Positions 19,101 through 27,468 of a stretch of DNA of 51,946 nucleotides are shown here, piece by piece. Origin of the DNA: Usitatibacter sp. (GTDB lineage Bacteria > Pseudomonadota > Gammaproteobacteria > Burkholderiales > Usitatibacteraceae); NCBI GenBank assembly GCA_035516915.1, contig DATIZV010000139.1, forward strand, positions 1 to 51,946. Direction: 5' to 3'. Position 1 is the first letter of the stretch; the number at the start of each line of letters is the position of its first letter. The position numbers and the translations under genes are program-made. The notes under the pieces are model-generated. The model was not told the DNA's origin, searched no databases, and saw nothing but the letters and a program-made list of their open reading frames with translations.

Positions 19101-20117
19101 TTGAGACGATGGGTGCGCAGCGCGAGCCTCACGAACTACGCGGAAGTGGCCCGCGAGGCCGGCCTCGATCCGCTGCGCATGCTGCGTGAATTCGGCCTGC
19201 CGCAGTCCTCGCTCGCCGAGTCCGACCTGAAGCTGGCGATCGGCGGCGTTCGCAACCTCCTCGAGGCCTCCGCCGAGCGCAGCGGCGTGGAAGCCTTCGG
19301 CCTGCTCATGGCGGAGAAGCGCCGGCTCGCGCACCTCGGCCCGCTAGGGCTGCTGGTGCGCGAGCAGCCGACCATGCGCCACGCGCTCGAGGCCCTCGCC
19401 CGCTACGCGAACCGGCTGAACCAGGCCCTGTTCCTCACGCTCGAGGACGCGGGCGACGTGGTCGTGCTGCGCGAGGAGCTCATCGTCGGCGACTCCGGGC
19501 CGATCCGCCAATCGACGGAGCTCGCGATCGGCGTCGTGTTCTGCACGCTCCAGGCGCTGCTCGGCAAGGCGTGGAAGCCGCGTCGCGTGTGCTTCGCCCA
19601 CGACGCGCCGGCCGACCGCAGCGTGCACGACCGCGTCTTCGGGCGCATCGCCGAGTTCGGCCACGACTTCAACGGCATCGTGTGCGCGCGCAACGATCTC
19701 GAGATCCCGAATCCGAACGCCGATCCGGTGATGGCGCGTTACGCGCAGGACCTCGTCGATGCGAGCGTCGCCCATCGGCCGGGCATGGCGGACGAGGTGC
19801 GCGAGACGGTCGTGACGCTGCTCGCCCAGGGCGAATGCACGATCGAGGAAGCCGCGCGCCGCCTGGGCACGAACCGCCGGACGATCCATCGCCGACTCGC
19901 GCAGGAAGGGCAGACCTTCCGCGGCATCCTCGACGACGTGCGACGCGAGCTCGCGAGCCGCTACGTCGCCGACCACCACCGCTCGCTCGCCGAGATCGCG
20001 GAGCTGCTCGGTTTCGCGGCGCCGAGCGGATTCTCACGCTGGTACCGCAGGCACTTCAAGCAAGCGGCGTCGAACCGGCGGCCGGGACGGGCGCGAAAGC
20101 GGCTGCGGGGGCGGTGA
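19101..20117 (+). CDS. AraC family transcriptional regulator (Arabinose_bd_2 N-domain + HTH)
   Basis: VRSASLTNYAEVA..GLDP, FGLLMAE..LGPLGLL, C-terminal HTH RRTIHRRL...LAEIAELLGFAAPSGFSRWYRRHF. TTG start after GGAGG. Confidence 0.9.
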   Translation: MRRWVRSASLTNYAEVAREAGLDPLRMLREFGLPQSSLAESDLKLAIGGVRNLLEASAERSGVEAFGLLMAEKRRLAHLGPLGLLVREQPTMRHALEALARYANRLNQALFLTLEDAGDVVVLREELIVGDSGPIRQSTELAIGVVFCTLQALLGKAWKPRRVCFAHDAPADRSVHDRVFGRIAEFGHDFNGIVCARNDLEIPNPNADPVMARYAQDLVDASVAHRPGMADEVRETVVTLLAQGECTIEEAARRLGTNRRTIHRRLAQEGQTFRGILDDVRRELASRYVADHHRSLAEIAELLGFAAPSGFSRWYRRHFKQAASNRRPGRARKRLRGR

Positions 20118-20173
20118 CCCGCCAGGCGCCCTCCTCATGCCGCGCGCACGCGCACTCGCACGCGCTGCGCAGC

Positions 20174-20217
20174 GATGAGCCCGGAGCGTCCGCGGGGCAC
20201 GAACGCTCGGGCTCATC
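20174..20217. terminator. Inverted repeat between convergent araC and MBL hydrolase genes (possible bidirectional terminator)
   Basis: GATGAGCCCG/CGGGCTCATC perfect 10 bp plus AGCGT/ACGCT; no U tract. Confidence 0.45.
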
Positions 20218-20229
20218 AGCCGTGCGAAA

Positions 20230-21201
20230 TCAGGCGGTCACCGTCCGGGTGTCGCCGGGCTTCATGACGATCGCCTCGATGTCCGGGGCGATCTTGGCGA
20301 GGGCATCGCGAAACTCGCCTCCGGCCTGGATGCCGAGCACCAGCGGGTTGTGCGCGTAGTGCACGGGGATCGCCTTCGTGACGCCCATCATCTCGCAGGC
20401 CCGGGCCGCGTCCTCGGGCCCCATCGTGTAGGGACCGTCGCCCACGCACACGATGCCGAGGTTGGGCTTGTAGCGCTCGCCGAGCAGCGTCATGTCGCCG
20501 AAGAGGTCGGTGTCGCCGCTCGCGTAGACGCGCATTCCGCCGATGTCCACCATGAAGCCCGCGGACGGATATCCCAGGAGGTTCGAATGGACCGCGGGAA
20601 CGAGGTGCGCCACCATCTGGCCGTGCTTCGACATTCCGCCGAAGTTCATCCCCGATCCGCCGTTCGAGACGATCTTCGAAGGGTCGAGGCCGGCCTTCTT
20701 GAAGTCGGGGATGAGGCCCTTGCGCAGCAGGTCGCTCTGGCCGGTCGTCATGACCGGCACGCCCGCGTCGACGAGCGCCTTGAGCATCTCGAAGTAATCG
20801 CCCATGTGGTCGCCGTGGTCGTGCGTGAGGAGCACGAACACCGCCTCCGGATTCTTGCTCGTGACGTAGCGGACGAAGCCTTCCTTCGTGGCGTATTCGG
20901 GCGGCTTGGGAACCGAGAAGCGGCTCCAGCCCGCGTTGTCCCAGATCCACGCGTCGACGTACGCGATCTGCTTGTAGTCCGGAGTCGCGAGCTCGACGAC
21001 GCCGCCTCCCAGCCAACGGACCACGATGCGCCCTCCGGTCATTCGCGCGGGCCAATCCATGTTCGATTGCACCGGGGTCGCGCATCCGGCGAGCGCAAGG
21101 GCGCCGCCCAGGGCCACCGCGGTGCGCAAGACCCTGCGCCGTCCGAGATCCACGCCATCCGTCTGGGGAGATTCGCCTTGCCGACCGCCTGCTGTCTTCA
21201 T
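20230..21201 (-). CDS. Metallo-beta-lactamase-fold hydrolase (UPF0173-like), predicted Tat-exported lipoprotein
   Basis: GRRRVL twin-Arg, lipobox LAGC, THDHGDH, VHS, SGDT, IPVHY; GGAGGAG RBS. Confidence 0.85.
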   Translation of the reverse strand: MKTAGGRQGESPQTDGVDLGRRRVLRTAVALGGALALAGCATPVQSNMDWPARMTGGRIVVRWLGGGVVELATPDYKQIAYVDAWIWDNAGWSRFSVPKPPEYATKEGFVRYVTSKNPEAVFVLLTHDHGDHMGDYFEMLKALVDAGVPVMTTGQSDLLRKGLIPDFKKAGLDPSKIVSNGGSGMNFGGMSKHGQMVAHLVPAVHSNLLGYPSAGFMVDIGGMRVYASGDTDLFGDMTLLGERYKPNLGIVCVGDGPYTMGPEDAARACEMMGVTKAIPVHYAHNPLVLGIQAGGEFRDALAKIAPDIEAIVMKPGDTRTVTA

Positions 21202-21222
21202 TTGCCGGGCTCCTCCGGTTTG

Positions 21223-21236
21223 GTTGTCGGGACAAC
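21223..21236. promoter_or_regulatory. Palindromic operator-like site upstream of the MBL hydrolase (GntR/FadR-like)
   Basis: Perfect-arm palindrome GTTGTC-GG-GACAAC just upstream of the RBS. Confidence 0.45.
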
Positions 21237-21393
21237 ATCCTGCCGGTGCGCATTCTTGCACGGCTGGGAGGAGATGTAGCGCCGTCTCGCCGGCCGCCCG
21301 CGAGAATCTCCCTGCGGACGGCGATCGGACGGCCTCGAGCAAGATCGGCGGCGCGAGGAACCGTCGCGCCGGCGGGACACGCAATCTCTTCGC

Positions 21394-21606
21394 TTACCGG
21401 CGCCCGTGCAGGCGTCGCTCGCCGTCGACGAGCAGCGCCGGCTGGACACCGTCGCCCATCAGGGCTTCCCAATCGAGGCGCGGCGCGGCAGCCGCTTGCT
21501 CGGCGGCGAGGACCGGCAGGTCGTGGTCCAGCGAAGGCGCGTGATCCACGGCCCGAACGTTGCGAAGCGGTTTGCGGGCATGGCGCTTGCCGTTGGCGAT
21601 CTTCAT
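21394..21606 (-). CDS. Small hypothetical protein (70 aa)
   Basis: ATG with GAGGTG RBS; fills the gap between RCC1 and MBL genes; no recognised motif. Confidence 0.4.
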   Translation of the reverse strand: MKIANGKRHARKPLRNVRAVDHAPSLDHDLPVLAAEQAAAAPRLDWEALMGDGVQPALLVDGERRLHGRR

Positions 21607-21720
21607 GGGGCACCTCGATCGCGATGTGCGATTCATTCTGCGCGGCACGCAATCGCGCGACAAGCGGGTGCGATCAACCGAACGGCGGATTGTCCACCTG
21701 GCGCCGGATCGGATAGGCCC

Positions 21721-24700
21721 CTAGAACCGCTGGCGCGTGAGCGCCGTCGTGCGCCCGTTCGGCAGCGTCATGATCGCGGCATCGGGCGCGGTGAACTGGA
21801 TCGTGAGCGGCGCCACGTCGTTGCTCACCTGGTGGTTCTGTTGCCACGCCCCCGTCAAGGTCTGCCCGCCGCCGTAGCTCAGCCACGCGTTCGAGAAGGT
21901 GAGGCCGTCGGCACCCTTCATCGCATCGACGCTGATGTACCAGACCGGGTTGCCCGCGTCGTCGTACATGTAGCCCGCGACGTCGAGCGTGCCGCCCTGC
22001 CATTCCAGGAAGAAGCCGCGGCCCGACTCGTCGGGATTCCACCACCAGCCGTTTTCGGGCTGGTTGGGCGCCGCGGCGAGCGTGAGCCCGTTCGGGATGA
22101 TGTTGAAGCGCTCGATCGGGACGGTGCCGCCAGGCCACACCATGGTTCCGTGGCTCGCGTCGGTGAAGGCGAGCGCGACCGAGCCCAGGCGATCCACGGC
22201 CGGAAATCCGGGGTAGGCGCCGCCGAGCGTCTGCCCGCCGTGCGCGGAGAGAAGGTCGCCCGAGTAGTACGCGCCGTCGAGCGATGCCGGTCCCGACGAC
22301 ACGACCCACGTCGAGCGGCCCGACGCGTCGTAGAGGAACGAGGCGAAGAAGAGATTGTTGCCGTGCTTCTCGATCGAGAAGCCGCGGCCGTCCTCGAGCG
22401 GGTTCCACCACCATCCGGTCTGCGGCGGCTGCGGCGTGCATTGCACGGTGCCCGGCACGCTGAGCACGCTGCGGTTGGTCCCGCTCGAGATCATGGAGGA
22501 AGCGTCGGCTCCGTAGCCGACGAAGAACGTCGCGCCCGCGACTTGCGGCCCCGCCGCCGAGTTGAGGATCGAGACGGACTGCCCCGCGGCGGAGAGCACG
22601 CCGCTCAGGTAGGGCTGCAGGCTCGACGCGCTGGCGGCCTGCAGCGTGCCCGACGGATCGAGCTGCGCGAGGACGCACGGCACGGGGTCGTCGGCCGTGG
22701 CGCCCCTCGCGTTCGCGATGCGCTGCGCCTTCCCGCGCGCGTCCTTCACCAGCGTGGCGGGAGCGAGCGCGAACACGAAGACGCTGCCCGACGTGCCCGC
22801 ATCCTGCTGACGGTACTGGATGTCCGCCGCGACCTGGCCGGCGGTGTTCGTCGCGACGGCGAGGAAGACGGGCAGCAGGTCGCCGGAGATCGAGGTCGGC
22901 GTCGCGGGATCGAGATCGAGGAACCAGTCGCCGCCTGCGATCGATCCCGCGCCGTTCTCGCGCACGGACACGACCGGGGAGCCGCGGCCCGCGAGCGTTC
23001 CGTCGCCGAGCTGGCCGAAATCGTTGCCGCCCCACGCGAGCACCGCGCCATCGGCCTTCAACGCGAGCGTGTGCGTCTCGCCGATGGAGATGCGCGCGAC
23101 GCCGTCGATGCCCGGCACGCGCACCGGTGCGAAGTGGTCCTCGAACGTTCCGTCGCCGAGCTGGCCGAAGTAGTTCGCGCCCCACATCCACACGCGGCCG
23201 TCCGGATCGATGGCCGCCGACACGGTGTTTCCGGCGGCGATCGACGCGATGCCGGCGAGGCCGTCCACGACCGCGGGCGTGGATCGGTCGGTGAATCCGC
23301 CGTCGCCGAGCTGTCCCTCGTAGTCCCCGCCCCACGCCCAGATGCGTCCGTCGCGAGCGCGCGCGAGCGAGTGGTCGGCGCCCGCCGCGACTTCCACGAC
23401 ATCGCTCAATCCGGCGACGCGCACGGGGACGAAACGCGTCGCGGTCGTTCCGTCGCCGAGCTGGCCGTAGCCGTTCTCGCCCCACGCCCACACGCTGCCG
23501 TCCTTCTCGAGCGCGAGGGAGTGGCCGCCGCCCGCGGAAACCTGCGTGACGCCGGCGAGGCCGCTCACCTGCACCGGCACCGGCCCCTGGGAGCTGTCGC
23601 CGCCGTTTCCCAGGCGCCCGTTGTAGCCGAGGCCCCATGCCCAGACCGTGCCGTCGCCCTTCAACGCGAGCGAGTGATAGAAGCCCGCGGAGATCGCCGT
23701 CACGCCGGACAATCCTTGCACCGGCGCGAACGTCGCACGGCTCGCCACCGTGCCGTCGCCGAGCTGGCCGTAGTCGTTGTTGCCCGCGGCGACGACGGTG
23801 CCGTCGCTCTCCAGCGCGATCGAATGCCGTCCTCCGCCGGCCACCGCGATCCATCCGCTCGCACCTCCGGGAATCGTCGGCGTCGAGACGAACACGCGCA
23901 CGCCGTCGCCGAGCTGGCCGGATCCGTCGTCGCCCCAGGCCCACACGGTGCCGTCGCGCTTCAACGCGACGGTGTGCGCGGAGCCGGTCGAGATCGCGGT
24001 CGCGTCGTCGATGCCGGCGAGGAGCACGGGCGCCTCGCGCTGCTGCGTCGTGCCGTCGCCCAGCTCGCCGTGATCGTTGTGGCCCCAGCTCCAGACGTGG
24101 CCGTCGCTCGCGACCGCGGAGGAATGGATGAAGCCGACGGCCGCGGAAGCGATCGCCGGCAAGGCGAGCTTCTCCGGCGCGAGCACGTCGACATACGTGC
24201 CGTCGGCGATCTGGTCGTAGCCGTTGGAGCCCCACGCCCACACCGACCCATCGGACTGGATCGCGAGCGAGTAGGAGCCTGCCGCGATCGATATCACGGC
24301 GGATAGCCCGGGAACTTGCGATGGAACCGGGCGGCTGTTCGTGGTGCCGTCGCCGAGCTCGCCGTCGCTGTTGTCGCCCCACGCCCACACCGTGCCGTCG
24401 CTCCTGCGCGCGAGCGTGTGGCCGAAACCCGCCGCGACTTGCACGACGCCGGTGAGTCCCACGACCTGCGTCGGCGTCGAGGTGCCGGTGTACGCCGGCG
24501 CGACCGTGCCGTTGCCGAGCTGGCCCAGGTCGTTCTCGCCCCACGCCCACACCGTGCCGTCGCTTCGCACGACGAAGGTCTGCTGGCCGCCGGCGGCGAT
24601 GGCCACCGCGTCGCCGATGCCCGGCACCTGCCCCGGCGCGCTTCGCCCGTTGCTGTCGTCGCCGAGCTGGCCGGCGTTGTTCGCGCCCCAGGTCCACACG

Positions 24701-25125
24701 GTTCCATCGGACTTGCGCGCGACGGTGTGCACGGAGCCGGCCGCGATTTCGACGACGTTCGCGAGGCCTGCCACCTGCACCGGCGTCGAGCGGCCCGTGG
24801 TGGTCCCGTCGCCGAGCTCGCCATCGCCGTTGCCTCCCCATGCCCATACGGTTCCATCGCGCTTCAGCGCGACGGTGTGGGAATCGCCGGTCGCGATGGC
24901 GACCACGTCGGAGATGCCGGTGACCGGGACGGGCTGCGTGGAAGCGAGCGCGCGGGCGCTTCCGAGCGCACCGGCCGTATCGTCTCCCCATGCGCGCGCG
25001 GTGCCGTCGGTCGCGAGGGCGAGGCTGTGCCAGCCGCCCGCCGAGATGGACGGCGTCGCGGCGTGGGCCGCGGCGACGAGCAACGTCGCGGCAAGGAGCG
25101 CGAGCGGGGCGGCGAGCGGGCGCAT
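21721..25125 (-). CDS. Secreted RCC1/BLIP-II-repeat protein (14 repeats) with duplicated C-terminal GWWWNP module
   Basis: Signal peptide; 14 repeats of the form G..H.lAl..DG.VW.WG.N..GQLGDG; C-term GWWWNPxExGRGF twice; GGAGG RBS. Confidence 0.9.
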   Translation of the reverse strand: MRPLAAPLALLAATLLVAAAHAATPSISAGGWHSLALATDGTARAWGDDTAGALGSARALASTQPVPVTGISDVVAIATGDSHTVALKRDGTVWAWGGNGDGELGDGTTTGRSTPVQVAGLANVVEIAAGSVHTVARKSDGTVWTWGANNAGQLGDDSNGRSAPGQVPGIGDAVAIAAGGQQTFVVRSDGTVWAWGENDLGQLGNGTVAPAYTGTSTPTQVVGLTGVVQVAAGFGHTLARRSDGTVWAWGDNSDGELGDGTTNSRPVPSQVPGLSAVISIAAGSYSLAIQSDGSVWAWGSNGYDQIADGTYVDVLAPEKLALPAIASAAVGFIHSSAVASDGHVWSWGHNDHGELGDGTTQQREAPVLLAGIDDATAISTGSAHTVALKRDGTVWAWGDDGSGQLGDGVRVFVSTPTIPGGASGWIAVAGGGRHSIALESDGTVVAAGNNDYGQLGDGTVASRATFAPVQGLSGVTAISAGFYHSLALKGDGTVWAWGLGYNGRLGNGGDSSQGPVPVQVSGLAGVTQVSAGGGHSLALEKDGSVWAWGENGYGQLGDGTTATRFVPVRVAGLSDVVEVAAGADHSLARARDGRIWAWGGDYEGQLGDGGFTDRSTPAVVDGLAGIASIAAGNTVSAAIDPDGRVWMWGANYFGQLGDGTFEDHFAPVRVPGIDGVARISIGETHTLALKADGAVLAWGGNDFGQLGDGTLAGRGSPVVSVRENGAGSIAGGDWFLDLDPATPTSISGDLLPVFLAVATNTAGQVAADIQYRQQDAGTSGSVFVFALAPATLVKDARGKAQRIANARGATADDPVPCVLAQLDPSGTLQAASASSLQPYLSGVLSAAGQSVSILNSAAGPQVAGATFFVGYGADASSMISSGTNRSVLSVPGTVQCTPQPPQTGWWWNPLEDGRGFSIEKHGNNLFFASFLYDASGRSTWVVSSGPASLDGAYYSGDLLSAHGGQTLGGAYPGFPAVDRLGSVALAFTDASHGTMVWPGGTVPIERFNIIPNGLTLAAAPNQPENGWWWNPDESGRGFFLEWQGGTLDVAGYMYDDAGNPVWYISVDAMKGADGLTFSNAWLSYGGGQTLTGAWQQNHQVSNDVAPLTIQFTAPDAAIMTLPNGRTTALTRQRF

Positions 25126-25148
25126 GGTCCTCCCTCGGGAAGTACGCC

Positions 25149-25177
25149 GTTGTACGCGCGCCCGCCGGGCTCGTCAA
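25149..25177 (-). promoter_or_regulatory. Sigma70-like promoter for the RCC1 gene
   Basis: TTGACG-N17-TACAAC on the minus strand. Confidence 0.55.
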
Positions 25178-25309
25178 AGGAGGATTCCGCACGATTTGGC
25201 GCGCAGGGGCCGGCCGCGGAAGTCGGCTCGGGGCGCCAGCCGGGTTTCACGAGCCCCGCGTGCGCGGGGCGCGGGTTCATAATGGGCTCCTCTCGAGCGC
25301 GAATGAATC

Positions 25310-26905
25310 GTGGAGACGATCGGCAACGACGGGCAAGGGCGGCGGCATTCGATGCGAGATCCCGCAGCGGCGGCGAAGCTGCTCGCCGAGCTGCGCGGGG
25401 CCGATGCGATCAAGGCGTTGGATGACCTCACCGGGTGGCTCCGCGAGCTGGACCAGACGCCGGCTGCGGATGACGCCGCGCACGCCGGAATCCTCGCGTT
25501 GATCCAGGAGACCGGGATCCCGCACGCTTCCGCGGCGCTCGCGCCGTTCCTGCTCAGGCCGGCCGACCGCCCCAAGGGCCACGACGCTGCCTGGCCTTCG
25601 CTCACGAGCTACCTCGCCGCCTCGTCGCGCGCGTTGTGCGATTCGGCGCTGCGCCTCTCGAAGGCCGCAACCTCCGATCCTTCCACGCAGAACGAGGCCG
25701 CCGCCGGCGCGGCACGCGCGCTGAACGAATGCCGGCGGCTCGCGAAGACCTCCCTCGTGCGCCACCTCGCCGTCCCCGCCGACGTGTGGCGCGAGGCTTA
25801 CGCCGTTCATCGCGGCGCGGAGGCGGCCCAATGCTCGACCCTCGCGGTGCGAATGCATGGCGAGGACCGGACGACGACGACGGTCGAGCAGGAATTGCTC
25901 CGGCTGCTGATGCTCGCGGTCTCCTCGCCCGAGATGATGACGCCGGGACAGATCGAGGTGGCCGACTGGGCGGGCGAGCACGTCGGGGGAGAGTTCACGC
26001 TGCGCCCGCCCGGCGTCGCCGACAACCCGTTCTGCTTCGACCCCGCAGGCGATGCGCCGCCGCATCGGGCCCCCGCGTCGCAGGAGCGCGATTCCGGCGG
26101 CGAGCTGCGCTATTTCGGGCCGGGCATCGGATACGAAGCGCTCGGCCGCATCTACAAGCAGATGGGAACCAGCAGCAGCGTGGACATCAAGGCCTCCGGC
26201 AAGGCGATCGCGCCGCACGTGCAGCTTTCGGCCGTGCAGCACCTGCTCGTCTTCTGGGGGGAAAAGCCGGCCTACACGCCGCCCGGACGCACCCCTGCAG
26301 CGAGCACGGTGCAGGTCGTCCGGGGATATTCGCAGACCTGGCAGCAGCTCTCGCGCGCGAAGACCGGCCTCGGCGAGCTCACGCTCGCGGCCGACGGGGA
26401 CGTTCCGCTGCAGCCGCCCGAAAGCTGGGCGCTGCACGACACCGGCGGCAACGAGCTCGGCGTGCAGGTCGCGCAGGCCTCCGCGGACGTCGTGCATTGC
26501 GGCGACGTGGTCGCCGTATCGGGCGCCGCCAAGGGCGAATGGTGGCTCGCGCTGGTCCGCGCGCTGCATGCCGAGGCGGGGCACGTGATGCACGCGAGCC
26601 TCTTCATCCTGAGCCGCGATCCGCAGGCAGTGCAGATCCGCATGGTGATTCCGAAGGGCGAGGAGTCCGGGATCACCGAGCAGGCCGCGCGCCAGTTCTC
26701 CTACGCCGGAGTGCACGCGATCATCGTTTCGGACGGCTCCGGCAAATCGCAGGCGAACCTGCTGCTGCCGCCCGAGATCTGGAAGGAGGGCCGCGCCTTC
26801 GAGCTCGCGACGCCGGCCGGGCCGCGCTACCTGCGCTGCGGGCGCATGCTGCGCCACGGCGACGACTACGTGCGCGCGACGTTCGACTGGATGCAGCCGG
26901 CCTGA
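25310..26905 (+). CDS. Hypothetical protein, possibly FimW-like with a degenerate C-terminal PilZ-like domain
   Basis: Protein-like composition; helical N-part (ELLRLLMLAVSSPEMMTPGQIE) and beta-rich C-part (WALHDTGG..G..VAV...WWLALVRAL). Family resemblance is from memory only. Start could be ATG 25352. Confidence 0.6.
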   Translation: METIGNDGQGRRHSMRDPAAAAKLLAELRGADAIKALDDLTGWLRELDQTPAADDAAHAGILALIQETGIPHASAALAPFLLRPADRPKGHDAAWPSLTSYLAASSRALCDSALRLSKAATSDPSTQNEAAAGAARALNECRRLAKTSLVRHLAVPADVWREAYAVHRGAEAAQCSTLAVRMHGEDRTTTTVEQELLRLLMLAVSSPEMMTPGQIEVADWAGEHVGGEFTLRPPGVADNPFCFDPAGDAPPHRAPASQERDSGGELRYFGPGIGYEALGRIYKQMGTSSSVDIKASGKAIAPHVQLSAVQHLLVFWGEKPAYTPPGRTPAASTVQVVRGYSQTWQQLSRAKTGLGELTLAADGDVPLQPPESWALHDTGGNELGVQVAQASADVVHCGDVVAVSGAAKGEWWLALVRALHAEAGHVMHASLFILSRDPQAVQIRMVIPKGEESGITEQAARQFSYAGVHAIIVSDGSGKSQANLLLPPEIWKEGRAFELATPAGPRYLRCGRMLRHGDDYVRATFDWMQPA

Positions 26906-26970
26906 AGTCGCGGCAAGGACGAGAGGCCGCGCCGGCCGCCGATCCCGGGCCGGCCTACGGCCGGCACCGA

Positions 26971-27468
26971 TCACGTCCGGGCGGGCTCGCCATACCAAAA
27001 GGTGGCCGTGACCCCACCGTCCATGAGGAAGTCGCTGCCGGTGATGAACGACCCATCCGGCCCCATGAGGAGGGCCGCGACGTTTCCGACCTCATCCGGA
27101 GTTCCGGCGCGACGCGCCACGGACGTCTCGATCATTCGCCGGTAACCGGAGCCGCGCGGTCCGGGGAGCTCGTCGTTCGCGAGCGGCGTCATGATGATGC
27201 CGGGGCTGATCGTGTTGAGCCGCGCGCCGCGTCTGCCCCAGCGCACGGCCTGCGCCATGACGCGCAGCGAATTTCCTCGCTTCGAGATCTGGTAGGCATG
27301 AAGCGGATCCGTCACCTTGTCGGGCTGAAGCATGGGAAGCGCTAGCAGCTCCTCCGCCGGCGTGAGGGCCAATGCCTTGTCCTGCTCGGGCGTGAGAGCC
27401 GGCAGGCGATGTCCGGATTGCGACGCGATGACGACGCCGGCGCCGGCCTGCGACTTGTCCGGCGTCAT
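26971..27468 (-). pseudogene. N-terminally truncated short-chain dehydrogenase/reductase (SDR)
   Basis: 165 aa with GVVIASQSG, YQISK (YxxxK), RLNTISPG, FITGSDFLMDGG, but no GxxxGxG Rossmann start; ATG overlaps the ADH stop. Confidence 0.75.

Noticed and set aside
21202-21400. Riboswitch in the MBL hydrolase leader
   Set aside because: Short hairpins are present but no recognisable aptamer consensus; an Infernal/Rfam scan would be needed.
20230-25125. RCC1 (BLIP-II-like) protein as inhibitor of the neighbouring MBL-fold enzyme
   Set aside because: BLIP-II targets class A serine beta-lactamases, the hydrolase is UPF0173-like rather than a true beta-lactamase, and the genes are ~500 bp apart with separate regulatory signals.
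21406-25425. Long antisense and alternate-frame ORFs over the RCC1 gene; possible CRISPR or tandem DNA repeat
   Set aside because: The repeats are degenerate, in-frame protein repeats (GQLGDG) with no identical repeat-spacer structure and no cas genes. The antisense ORFs reflect codon bias.
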